64,000 nt of DNA from Amoebophrya sp. A120 (lineage: Eukaryota; Protista; Dinoflagellata), in assembly GCA_905178155.1 (NCBI GenBank), contig CAJINV010000014.1, positions 964,116 through 1,028,115 of the forward strand, read 5' to 3'. Numbering within the stretch: the first letter of the stretch is position 1; each line of letters begins with the position of its first letter. The notes under the pieces were generated by a model, which worked only from the letters and a program-made list of their open reading frames with translations, made no database searches and was not told where the DNA came from. This document shows positions 49,015 to 61,447 of the stretch, one piece after another. The translations under genes and the position numbers were made by a program.

Positions 49015-50514
49015 TGTAACAAAGTGGGCCACGGTCACCTTGTGGTGGCGGCCGTGGCGCCACATTGTGGCCCTATAATTTTGGGCCACGGTCACCTTGT
49101 GGTGGCGGCCGTGGCGCCACATTGTGGCCCTATAGTGAAATTATAGCGAGCTGGTCGAGCTTTCTGGTGTTTGTAGCCTTCTAGTCTATCGAGAGTGTCG
49201 GTAGATGGTCCACCTGGAGGGTATCTGGTCGAGGGTCGGAGCCCAGTAGAGAGGTCAGCACACAGAGGAGGCTACTGCCTTGCTGTTGATGTCGATGATG
49301 GATGATGGATGCCGATTGATGGATGCTTGTTGATGGACTCTCATCCTGTTTGTGTACTAGTTTGGGTCTATTCTATACCGATTGCGATCGATCTGCCCCA
49401 CGCGGATGTGGGTTGCTTAGCCGGTGGGGGCGTGTGTTCCATCGTCTCGCTCTACCGAGCTACATGCGGTTCCGCCTACCCTCTTTCAAAGAAAGACTTT
49501 TTATTTGTAACCTCATATGTACTTCCTGCACGCGGTTAAGCAGTTCTATATTTTGGTGAAACTCCAAGAGTGTTGGAGTTTGTCATGCGTTTCGACATAG
49601 TTTCGGGAGTATCTTCATAAGGCATTTGACCTCCGTCACCGTTTCCAACTAGCCACGCGCGCAGACCACTAGTGGTGGGCAGTAAAACGCCAATCCTGGT
49701 GCTGCTGGCGTCTAGAGAATCTCGAGGGCAGTTTCTTATGTTTCTGGTTTCGTAAATATCGAGGACATTGTTATTGGTTTAGTTTACTTCAGTTTTTATT
49801 TTTCGGTGGGCATAGGCCGGTAGGTCCGGTAGGCCGGTAGGTCCGGGTGCCCAAGCGTGCTACTGAGGACTCCAGTGTATACAGCCCGAGTTTACATATC
49901 GCGGGGGCTGGGGTCGACGTCCCTCCAGGTGAGATAGTGCGTAAGGGTTTTGGCACTATTTTTCGCGCTTACTACATCTAGCCTTTACTACCTATTCGCA
50001 GCGGTGTGCGATGCTTTTATTTTTCATTCGCTCCTTCCCTAGCGCTTACAAATTTGCTTTTCGGCTCAGCTGATGCTGGAGCAGCGTGCTTTTTTTGCTT
50101 CGCCGGCGGGCAGTAGACCTATTTTTGGGAAGGGGGGTATAACAAAGTGGGCCACGGTCACCTTGTGGTGGCGGCCGTGGCGCCACATTGTGGCCCTATA
50201 GTGAAATTATAGCGAGCTGGTCGAGCTTTCTGGTGTTTGTAGCCTTCTAGTCTATCGAGAGTGTCGGTAGATGGTCCACCTGGAGGGTATCTGGTCGAGG
50301 GTCGGAGCCCAGTAGAGAGGTCAGCACACAGAGGAGGCTACTGCCTTGCTGTTGATGTCGATGATGGATGATGGATGCCGATTGATGGATGCTTGTTGAT
50401 GGACTCTCGTCCTGTTTGTGTACTAGTTTGGGTCTATTCTATACCGATTGCGATCGATCTGCCCCACGCGGATGTGGGTTGCTTAGCCGGTGGGGGCGTG
50501 TGTTCCATCGTCTC
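49015..50514 (+). mobile_element. candidate non-autonomous LTR element (TRIM-like)
   Basis: A ~375-bp near-identical direct repeat at 49015-49448 (with an internal ~55-bp tandem duplication) and 50138-50514. The purine tract GGGAAGGGGGG directly precedes copy 2. Confidence 0.6.
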
Positions 50515-51598
50515 CCCCCACCGGATTTAACACATTGGTTTCTCGCAGCCACAAAGCGGAAGGCGTTTCTGTATCTTAGCCAAATGATCTTGCACATTTA
50601 TCAGTCGGGATCACAAGGTCTGTACCGTTTGCCAGTAGCGACTGCAAAATCTGACGCGTTTGCCAATACTGGTCACAGAATATGACGCGTCAACTGGTCG
50701 CGATCCCGCGCGCTTATACCGTAGCCAGTAAACAGGGAACGACTCAGCCTCTAGACCGCCCGAAATCCCGGAGGACTTCCATAACTAAAGGCATACCGTG
50801 GCACGAAACGCAAAAAAGTCGCGAAGGCGGAGGCGCCTCCGGAAGCCTTGCTCAGGCCCATATCTGCGCACCACTCCGGCCCGCGGCCCTCCGCCCCCCT
50901 AGTGGGCCCGCCCGTGGTCCGGGGCGCTGCAAATAAGCGCGCTGCAGCCGCCGCTTGCACAAGCAGGCCCGGCGGCCCGCCATCCGATCCAGGCCGGGGG
51001 CCCCCATCCAGTGCTGACTAAGAGCCACCGCCCAGGTTCGGACACGTCTGGGCATTGGCAAGAAGTGCGACCGCGGACGTTTTGAAACAGATCGCGCCAG
51101 GTGGTCCCAAGGTGCGCACTGCTTCGCTTTCTCGGGATGTCCTGTTCTGGAATGATCTTCAGAATTTCAGGTAGCTGGACCATTAAAGGGAGCCAATAGC
51201 CCCGCCGGGCACATTCGTGCAGTGCGCCGGAATTCCATTACTGCGCCACCGTGGACCACGTTGCAGGAGCTGCGACATTTGCTTCAAGTTGCTTCCTGCG
51301 GCCGCTTCCGTAACTTGAGCGCCGGCGGACGCCGTGGTGCCGTGGTGCCCCTCCTTATTCACCACCAGCGGAATCCTCGAGCGCACCCAGCGGGGGCCCG
51401 CTAGTGTTCTTCCACGTCTGAAGGCGCCGCGGCGATTCTTTCGCACAGGCTAGTCCTGCGGCTTTCGTGGGGACTGTTCCACCCCGCCGCGCTCCCCGGG
51501 GCTCCCGGAAAGGAAGGCCGGCAATTACTGTTCCCCGCATACTGTCCCGAGTAGCACTCTGCAACGGCGCGTAGCTGCGCCGCGCGTTCCGCATCGCC

Positions 51599-54335
51599 AT
51601 GCCAATGGGGCACGGACATCCACCAAACTGGTGCGCCCGCACACCGCGCCTTTTTCTCTTCTTGGCTGCCGGCGCCGCCGCCGCGGGTTTTTTCCGCAGT
51701 GCGCCGGCCGCGGCATCCTACGACCCTTTGCCGGCCCCGCCCACGATCCGCATCATTGGCGGCCCGCACGGTGGCGAGCTCTGCTACCCGCCGCCACCCG
51801 CGTGCCGGCCTAACGTCGGCGCCGCGGCGCTTTTCCCCCCGCCGCAGGCAAGCACCACCGCAAGGAACGTGGCACGCCCCCCGGAGCAGGGTAGAGGACG
51901 GAGCCGCGCCGCGCCGCCTGGCGCAGTGCTTGCTCTCGAGGCCGGAGTGGCATTGTTTCTGGTGGTCACGGTTTTCTACGTCCCCTGGAACGAATACGTC
52001 CTGGACCACCCCGCGGCACCCCCGTGGCCGCCGCCACCGGACGTCAATTCCTGTCCGGCCGCCTGCTCGCAATTTTCCGATGATGTCGAGAATGCCTATG
52101 ATTCGCGCTCCTGCCTGCTGCCCGAGCACCACCTTTTTGACGTCTCGCCGGAGGTGCAGAACGCGGCCTGCATGCGTCGCGGCGATCTTCGGATGCCACA
52201 GGAGAATACTCCCCGGGAGGAGCTCTATCAAAAAGAACCTTCCTGCTCCGACGCGGCGACGCTCTTCCGCGACAGCAGTAGCATGCCTGCCTCTGCGTTC
52301 GTCGCTCCGCCGGTGGTGCAGCAGGAGGACCACAGTATAGAAATCGAGCGGCGCGCCTCAGTATCTTGCAATCGCGACTTGCGAGCCGTCTGGAGCTGGG
52401 GCTTGCAGTTCACGCTCGGACGGGAATTACAGAAGAAGAAGCCGCGCGGGGGACAACAAGAAGGTGGTCCACTACCGTTGCAAGAAACGATCGCAGTTCC
52501 GGACCGGTTGCCCGCCGCTGCCGTACAAAAGGCCATTGTCGAGGCCTACACCATGACGCACACGCAGATGGGCGACGACGTGTGTTTTGGTGGTTTCAAC
52601 ACTGCGGAACGCCTGCACCTGCGCGGGACGGAAGTCGAACAGGAGAATATCGTCGCCAGGCTTCAGGGGACTGTATGGGAGAGGGAATAAACGTGCAGCG
52701 TCTGTAAAAGTTGCTATGAAATAACCGCCGGCAATATGCCGAGTTGGCTTCTTCTACCGGGCACCGCGCGGGTTAGAAGTCTGTCGCAGAAATACTTCGG
52801 CCTGCGTGATACCTTGGGTCCCCGTGCTGCCCATGTGAGCGCGTTGGGCCGCTCACTTGTTTAGCCATGCTGTTCTAGTATCAAACCGGCACGCGCATCT
52901 ACACACTACCTGTGCTACGCAGGACTTCAAACTTTGGCGCGACGCTTTTCCCCATTTTCATACCGCGACTGCGGACCTGTGCTCTACGAGGAAATCGGCC
53001 GTGCAATGACAAAACTTCCTGCCCCTCCGCCCGGAGTAGGAAGCGCAGACGCAGACGGCCAGCACGCCGGAAAGAAACGACCACGCGCCCAGAACCTCGG
53101 CGTCGTCATCTACACGCTCCGCGAGATGCTGCGCCAGCGCAACGCGGATGCGTCCGTTTTACTGCAGAAAAGCACCAAGCGCGCATGGGACAAGAACCTG
53201 CACTGGGTGGACGCACTGCTCGGAAGCAAGAACGGTTTCTGGCAAAGAGCGGAAGTGGTCTCGTCTGTTGTTGGCGCCGAAAGAACTACTGCTTCGACGC
53301 GAGGACCCTCTAGTACTTCTGGAGGTACAACAAGGTGGGGAAAAATATCGGCGCCGGGCAGCGCCGGTTTTTCTTCCACCGCAAAACGAAATTTCTACGT
53401 GCTGTGCCGTGGTATGTTTATCGGCGACGATGACCCGGTCTCCTACTTGCGCCGCAACTTCTTCGAGTGGCAGTCGGACACGAAACGAATCACGAGGGCG
53501 CTTTATCCGGATTAAAAATGTCCCCACACCAGAGTCAAGATGGAAAATCTGCTAGACAAATCCACCAGCTTCGGTCGTTTGGCATGATGGGATCCTGTTT
53601 AGCTAGTTCAGAAGCATCACAGATGTAGCATAGCATTCTGATTCCAGCATCACAAATTCCAAAACAATGTCGGTGCGGTTGTTTTAGCATCACAAATTCC
53701 AAAACACGAGTAGAAAACGCTTCTCGTAGGGCTCCGGCGCATGAGAAACTTTCTTAGCATGCAGAATTGCATGACAACTATGGGACCCACCTTCCCTGCG
53801 TGACAGCCATCTGCGGCCGTTTGCACAGGGGGAGGCAAAGTGTGTCGCACTTCTGTTTAGCATGACAACTATGGGACGGCGCGGGGACGTTTTTACACGG
53901 GATACGCTCTTCGCCCGAGACGTGCCGCGAGTGCAGTTCCAGCTGGAGGATTTTTGGTCGACGACGGTCTCGCGCACGGTGGCGGAAGGTGTATTCGCGC
54001 GCGCGGGTTTGGCGGATGTGCTGCGGCCGGGGCTGTCGGTCCTGTGGAAAATTCTGGTCCCAACGGGGGAGGATGCGGAATTTGTGCTGCAGTATCCGAA
54101 CGCTATCGGGGAAAATGATTTTTACCGGCCCGCCGCGATCCCGGACCGAATTGGGTCCACGGACAACGAGGGCGAAATTCTGTGGCCGGACCGCTCGGTA
54201 TCGACCGGGGAGGGGGGAAATTTTTTGTCATGCGATCAGGGATTGCGAATGTGGCCAGGCAGGACAAATAACGATATGCATAGATGTGGGAGGAGGTGTA
54301 CTTATCTCTGCGACCTAGTGTTTGTGGCGGTATGA
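51599..54335 (+). CDS. hypothetical protein, multi-exon (one introner), boundaries uncertain
   Basis: ORF 52934..53515 (ITRAL) joins 53862..54335 (FARDVPR) in frame after introner removal. The link to ORF 51599..52690 is inferred. Confidence 0.5.
53504..53904. mobile_element. introner family D
   Basis: TATCCGGATTAAAAATGTCCCCAC...GCGGGGACGTTTTTACACGGGATA, TSD CGCTT/CGCTC. Confidence 0.88.
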
Positions 54336-55799
54336 GCATGTGAAAGCGGTTGTACGCGGTCCGGTATGCTATAATTGTACACACGAGCGGCAATCGAAGG
54401 AACAGCTTGGAGTTGCTGCGAACAGCTTTGATTACTTGATGAAGGATTCCACTTCATAATTAATTCTGGCTTCGAATGACAAAAATTTTCCCAATGGATG
54501 CAAAATCTTCGAGGTGGTCGAGGTGAGGCATTTATGATCAGGAAAAAGTGTAGACTTTCGTTTTCCCTATTGTTCATCTGTTCAGAGTTTGTGATGTATT
54601 TTCATGTATGCAGTGCAGCGTATGGGCAGCGCGACAATCTATCATCACAGAATGTTACAACTAGGTAACCAGCACCACAAGTCGAAGAGATGAATTACGG
54701 GGAAAACAAAGGTTACTCCTTCACAACAGCGAAGGTACCACTTTTGGGAGGTGACAATCTTGCTAAAGAAGCTGCCGCGGGCTGGAGAGTGAGAACCAGC
54801 AGTGCTATCAATCGCAGTTCGTCTGCTCTTTCGAGGAACATCGCGATCTTTTTGTTTTTTGGAAATGAAAATCACATTACTGCTACTTGAGAATATAGCA
54901 TGGGACGACGCCGTCCATGTAGCAAGTTAATTTTTGGTTTACGGCACAGCCGGTCGGCAAAAAATGTAAACTGTCGCACAGGCTCGTAAAAATTACTTTG
55001 CATGTAGCCGGGACGAGTCTGTCTGTTATTAATCATGTGGAGCATTGCTCCACGACGATACCTTCATCCGAAATGTACACCGAGGTTGTCTTATCCAGAA
55101 AGCCATCTGAATTTTGAAAGCATAAGTTGCAAACCGAGTGAGGCAAGAACAAGCCTCGATTTACTTACCACACGATGAGAGCTTGCTGTCGTGGTGTATG
55201 GTTAGAGAACATTTGTTAAGCTGTTCTCAAGCGTCGACCTAATGAAGAGTTTTGCACAGAGAGAGGCGAGTTTCATAGAAAGGAGAGAAAAGAACGAGGT
55301 TGGATGCAGAGCGATAGCACAATGGTGGACAAGTCTCATGCAGTAGTAGACGCCACAACAGTTATTTTGAAAACCGAGGTTGTTGTATTTACAAAAAAGT
55401 AGCCGTCACGACGAGCGGAACATCTGATGCATGAGAGAAATGCTGAAAAGAGTCCAGATATCTGAGGTGTGGTACGATGTGAGGCTGAGCGAGAGCGAGA
55501 GGCAAGAGCATTTTAGTAGTTTTTGACACCCGCAAAAAAAGCCACTAAATCGGGCAGTATTTTAGTTACGCTTACGCAAGCAGGAACTATTGTCGATATC
55601 GACATGAATCTCTCAAGGGAACAAAAGAACGAGTGTTGGCCAAAACACAGAGTCCCCTCGGATTCGGCAAAGAAGTGACCAAACGTCGATAAAATCCAAA
55701 AATTAATTCGCTTATGTTCTAGTAGGACAAGCACAAGGTTGAATAAAGATTTCAAGCAGAGAAAAAGCATATACCCGGTAGAAGTACGACTTGTGAAAG

Positions 55800-58700
55800 A
55801 TGTCGTCGGCCTCCGGGCAAGAGGGGTTCGCCCCGCCCTCCGCGAACGAGCGGGTATCAAATGCAAAAATGTCTGGGTCTGGAACAAAGCAACTTGTCAT
55901 GCTAAATCTGAATCATGTAAAAATCTGTGCTGCATGATTACCAAAAGCTGTCCACTATTCGAGAGGCAGTCTCTCATGCAGGATAGGCATGATAGAACTC
56001 TCGCAGAATCTGTCTTCATGCTATGCCCTACATACCAGACCTCATGGGTCATGGAAAACCTGCATGACAAGTCTGGCACTCTTCCAGACCCAGACATTTT
56101 TGCAGTTGATAGCGGCAGGGTGGGTTCGATTCTGCCGAAAACGCGAAAGACCTCGATCGAGACCAGCTTTTGAAAATTTTCAAGCACTTCGATTCCGATG
56201 GCTCAGGCTCGATCGATGTGGACGAGTTGCGAGACGCGATGCAGGCCCTGGGGATCAAAGTCACCATGGCCAGCGCAAAAAAGATCATGGCGACCATCGA
56301 TGCGGACGGAAACGGTATAAGAATGTGACTTTGATGTTCGAACGGTAGTTGCATGGCATCGCGCATGAATTGTTTGTAAGTACCTTTTTCATGCACGGCT
56401 GCGCTTGTATGTTCACAAAGATCTGAGTTTATATGGATGTCTGTACTTCCACTTACGAGACATCATTAAAAAAACTCGACAATAGGAACCGTTGAGTGGG
56501 AGGAGTTCGAAACGTTTTTATGCATTGCAAATCCATCTAGGTCTGGAACCTTGTCATGCTATAATGTGAGTTGCAAGCGCTAGCGCAAGATCAGCACACA
56601 GGTACGCATCAAAAAGTTTCTCGCTGCGATGCGGTGCCTACTCAGCATGAAAAATTGCAGTTTTGCACGACGAAGAAGTCTTCCTTTTTCGCAACATGCA
56701 TGACAGAATGGGCTGCTCGCTTTCTAGCCGAGCATTGCATAATTTTATTCCTAGACCAAGTGAAGATAGAATTTGCAATGGATATCTTTTCGAGAAGTGC
56801 AAAAACCCAGAGGAGATCCGATCCCTGTTATCCGCACAGAATGCCAAGTATCTGGACTACAAAATGATGGTCGAATATGAAAGCGTCAGGTTTGAAATCG
56901 ACAAAGTTGAAATGATTTGTCATGCATATAAATGGATACCAGTTGGAAGACCAATTTCCATGCGGCGCATGACAAATTTTCGGAGCATCGGAATCCAATT
57001 TGTCATGCTGTTTGGGCACAGGAGACTGCTTTTGTCATGCTCCTTTAGCAGCTCTATCCCAAACCCTAAAGAGGCTCACAATCTACCCCACTTGCCATCC
57101 CGGCAAGACAGGCACTTTATGCCTTGCATTTTATGCATGACAAATCATTTCAACTTTGACGATTTCAATCCTGACAGGTCCATATCGAAGGCGACCCCAA
57201 CTTCGGGAAACGATTTTTCGTCCCGTCAAGCAGAGACAAAAAATTCAAGTTTTCGGTACAGAAATTTAGATGCTTTTTGCATGCTTGTATGTTGATTGTC
57301 TCAAGTATAATATACTCTTCGAGCATGATGGCGTAGAAATTTTGTAAGCGCAAAGTAGGAACGGCATCAAGCGCTGAAGACGACGACCAGTATCTATAAT
57401 GATGTTGATGAAATTGTACCAAAAACAGGGCCACGAGGACAACGTTGAGGACGTAAAGTGGATAGACGCCAAGGGAAATTTTTTCGTGACAGGCAGTATC
57501 GTATCAGCTGCAAAAATGTCTGGGTCTGGAAGAGTGCCAGACTTGTCATGCAGTTTTTCCATGACCCATGAGGTCTGGCATGTAGGACATAGCATGACAG
57601 ATTCTGTGAGAGTTCTATCATACCTATCCTGCATAAGAAACTGCCTCTCGATTAGGTCAAAAGTGGACACTTTTTGGTGATCATGCAACACAGCTTTTTA
57701 CATGATTCAGACTTAGCATGACAAGTTGCTTTGTTCCAGACCCAGACACTTTTGCATTTGATATATCGACGGGTCCATCCGAGTGTGGGATTCAACAACC
57801 GGTACTACTACGGTGAATCTTCTTCGTTGGCATGCTGCAATACGAACTGTTGTCACCACGAAACACAGGGCAAGATTGAAATAGCGTTCTTGTTCCACTT
57901 CCTTTCTTCTCCATACCTGATTGAAAACTATGCAAGTGCGCTCCTACTGCCAATTATGACAGAAGGGATGGCACACCAAAAAAACAACAACAAAAAACAG
58001 GTAAGCTCTCGCATAAGCTGATAGAGGACATAGCGGGCGGGGTGTACTGCATGAATGTATTTAACGCGGGGGAAAGACTTCTGTGCGGGCTCGGCGGCAA
58101 GGAAGACAACATTGGACTCTTCGATATGACAAAACGAGGTAAATTCTAGCAAATTTCGCCGAGTTCGTCGATGAACACCGTGAAGAGTTTTTTTGTGTGA
58201 AGATGGATTTTTTGCAGGCGACAAGACAAATGAGTAATGTTGCGTAAAAAAATATTGTCCACTTCTACACGCGAAAAGAGGAAAAAAAGATCCGCTATCG
58301 TGACATACAGGCGCGGAGTCCAGGGTAATGTCGTACGCCGGACCGCCAGCCCCCGTGTACGCGGTGTGTGCCGAGAAGCTGAAGCAGCCCGCATACTTCC
58401 TCGCCGGGGCCAAAAATGGCCACATGGGGTGGTACGACCTCACGCGCAAAGAGCCCGTGATATCAATGACCAATTTCCACGAAGGTATGAAATATTGATT
58501 GATGCTGTCGTGGTCCGAGATGGAGAGGAAAAACACGCACAATTTTTGAAGATTGGTTATACACAGAAAGAAAAAAAAATTATGCCATCGATTCCAACTA
58601 CTGTTCACCTTTCTCCCAGGTGTGGTGTATTCAACGGACCTGAATAAGGAGGGCAACATGATGATTTCCACGTCGCAGGACGGGTTGCTGCAGATCGCGG

Positions 58701-60798
58701 ACTTCCGCGGCGGATTAGAGTGGAAAATCAACCACACCGTGGAGGAGGCCGCGGCATCGGGCATCTGCTTTAAAGCGCTCTTTCGTGGGGACCGGGAATT
58801 TGTGTCCTGTGGGGACGGTACTTTTGAATATACAACAACGTTGTTGAGGAAAAACTACTACGTACTTTTTACACGCAGTTCTTCTTCTGACATCATGAAA
58901 GATTACCACCGAACCAAAAACCCCAAAATAAAGATCGCCTTATTTGAGGGCGCCGCGACGATGAAAATAATGAACCAAGTACCTATCACAACTTTTCAGA
59001 TTACTGTGTGAAGAAGTGGGACTTGCGACAACTGAAGAAGGGGCCGGTCGAGAACTTCCTCGGTGTGACGTCACCAATACGAGAAATGTGCATGTCCCCG
59101 TGCGAGAAATACTTAGTCTCTGCGTCCGCGGACGGTTGCATCCGGGTGTGGGTCATCGACGAACGAGAATACATCGACGCAGACATCGAGCAGTGCGGCA
59201 GGACCATCCAAAACCTAGAGAAGAAGCGCGCGGCCTGGGACGCAAAACTGCAGGAGGGCGACGACGTGGAGGAAGAGGAGCTCCGATCTTGCGTAATTTT
59301 TAACGGATTTCCTTGTTGTTCCTTGTTCTTTTTTCAACTGAACATCTGATGCGCGTTTACATGTTTCTCATGCTGCAGGACTAGCTTCACACAAAAACAA
59401 TTTTCATCACGTCAACATATGTACTTATTCAAAACCTCAGATTATGGAGCTGGAAAAGGCCTACGTGCGGGGTATTTCCGTTTCACAAGCCGAAAACGAG
59501 CGGTACGCCATGAATTGCGTCCAGGCACGGATAGGGTTGGACGGCCACACTATCAAAAGGAAAAATCCACCCACTCCATATCGAAAACGAAATTTGTGTT
59601 GCTGTATTTGAGTACACAAATCGTTGGGTATTGCTAGAAGGCCAAGAGGCGCAGTTGCTCCCTCGTTTGGAGGCAATTTGTCATGCGATTTCCCGTTTCC
59701 ACTTGCTTCCTGTCATGCTGAAGACGCAAGGCGTCCCTGCGCCAGCCAGCACTACAGTCCGCATCCCTTCCCTTCTAGCATCACAAAGCTGATTTGTGGC
59801 CACAAATCTGCATCACAGATTTCCGTTTTGGTATGGGAGGGGGCATTTTTCATTGCAATACACACCCTCCCAGTCACGTCATGCTGCTGGCGAGACCACC
59901 CGACGGAACAGGGGCGCGTGCAGATCTTGAGTGGTATAGTAAATTTATCATTGTCGTGCGGGATTTAGATTTACAAGGCAGTAGAGTTTTGCGATGCGGA
60001 ATTGCATAACCAACAAACTACAAGCGTCGTGGTTCAATATGTCTGTGTGTACCATCATGTTGAAAACAACTTACAGGTTCCCAGGATCAGTCTGCGTTGC
60101 TGTTCGACATCAAGAAACCCAACCCAAACCATATGGCTTGCTCAGGTGTTACAATTTCAATTGTTATCATGAAAGCGGAAACTTGTCATGCAAAAGCTGC
60201 ACAACCTAGTAGCCTATGCCTAACCCCACACGAAAGCGCATGACAAGTTCGGGAGCTGCTCTGAACTGCACCTAGCCTGATCCGGCTAAGCATTTGTATT
60301 GCTGAGCGCGCAACAAGTCTCTCGAGGGTCATTGCGTTTATGCAAGACTACGCACTTCATCGCAACAGTTGAGATTCGAACCTCTGAGCAGGTTATAAAC
60401 CACTACATCAAGTGGGGCACTGGCGGCGGCGACGACGCTACCAAAGGGAAAAATCCCCCCTCCCCATATCGAAACGAAGTTTCTGATGCTGGATTTGCGT
60501 ATACAAATCAGGTCTGTCTTGCTGGAGAGGACTGCAGGCATATGCCAAGCCTGGGTCGAGAGGTTTTGACGTAGGGGACTAGCATGACAGACGTCGGCTC
60601 TGTAAGCCCAACAGCATCACAAACCGCCGGCATAATGTGGCGGAATCTCTGGCTTTGCCTTCTTGCAAGACAGACAGGATTTGTGACCTTAAATCTGCAT
60701 CACAAATTTTCAGACGAATGCGTTTTCAATATGGGGAGGGGGGATTTTTCCTCACAATAGACGCCGGCAGCCCCAGCGCCAAGCCAGGCTACGGCTAA
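55800..60798 (+). CDS. EF-hand plus WD40-repeat protein, multi-exon with 6 introners
   Basis: Start MSSASGQEG. EF-hands FKHFDSDGSGSIDVDEL and IDADGNG|TVEWEEF. WD40 repeats GHEDNVEDVKW...VTGSI|DGSIRVWD, LVSASADGCIRVW and GH|TLPVTSCCW. Stop TAA at 60796-60798. Confidence 0.85.
55855..56111. mobile_element. introner family A
   Basis: Family A TIRs, TSD GCGGG/GCGGC. It is an inverted close copy of 57502-57763. Confidence 0.93.
56519..56784. mobile_element. introner family A (degenerate)
   Basis: TATGCATTGCAAAT...ATTTGCAATGGATA, with a degenerate TSD GTTTT/TCTTT. Removing the element plus 5 nt gives ETF|FEKCKNPEE in frame. Confidence 0.78.
56876..57184. mobile_element. introner family E (long ~53-bp TIR)
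   Basis: TATGAAAGCGTCAGGTTTGAAATCGACAAAGTTGAAATGATTTGTCATGCATA and its inverted copy, TSD TCGAA/TCGAA. Confidence 0.92.
57502..57763. mobile_element. introner family A
   Basis: Family A TIRs, TSD TATCG/TATCG. It splits a WD40 repeat. Confidence 0.95.
59551..59860. mobile_element. introner family B
   Basis: Family B TIRs, TSD CACAC/CACAC. Confidence 0.9.
60439..60759. mobile_element. introner family B
   Basis: TACCAAAGGGAAAAATCCCCCCTCCCCATAT...ATATGGGGAGGGGGGATTTTTCCTCACAATA, TSD GACGC/GACGC. Confidence 0.92.
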
Positions 60799-61447
60799 GG
60801 AGTTTGTGGTGAAGTCGATAAATGTGTGACGACTACAAGAAAATGTGATCGAGGAAAAGAAAAAGGTTCAACCCGGAAACAGATATGGTGCAATTGCCTG
60901 TGTGGCAGCATGCTGCACCCGTTTGGGGTGGTCTTTTTCAATTCTCGTCGTCGTAGGTGTTGTCACCGATTCATTTTGTTTCATCCAGAAAGTGTAAACT
61001 TGTATCAAAGCGTATGAACAACAAATACTAGACGAAGCAGTGGTCTCGAAGTTGTAGAGAGACCACGGCTTGTTTCTTCTGGTCCCAGTGAAATACCCCA
61101 ATATATTGCTGTTGACATTATTTCTACCTGGTTTCCTCTCCAAAATCGTGTTTTATTCATAGAATCAGATAAACACCTCGTCGCTGGTAAGAGGCAGGAG
61201 ATAAAGTGCTGAGCTAAACATAAACTGCCAGGCAAAATAAGGTTGCAGAGGGCAGTACAACATCAGCAAGAAGATAGGAGGTAGAGACCCCTGCGCAGTA
61301 GCAGGCAAACACTCCAGCCACAGAAGCTGTCAGACGAGATCAGCAGCTGAGCCACATGTAGAAGTGGACCTCGTATTAAACGGACCTACAGCTAGCGAAC
61401 TGATGTGCGATCATCTAGACTAGACCATAGAATTCTTCGAACTTAAT

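Noticed and set aside
55897-56187. Recurrent short ORFs containing KMSGSG / LPDPDIFA / CKNVWVW as a peptide family
   Set aside because: They are translations of family A TIRs, not genes.
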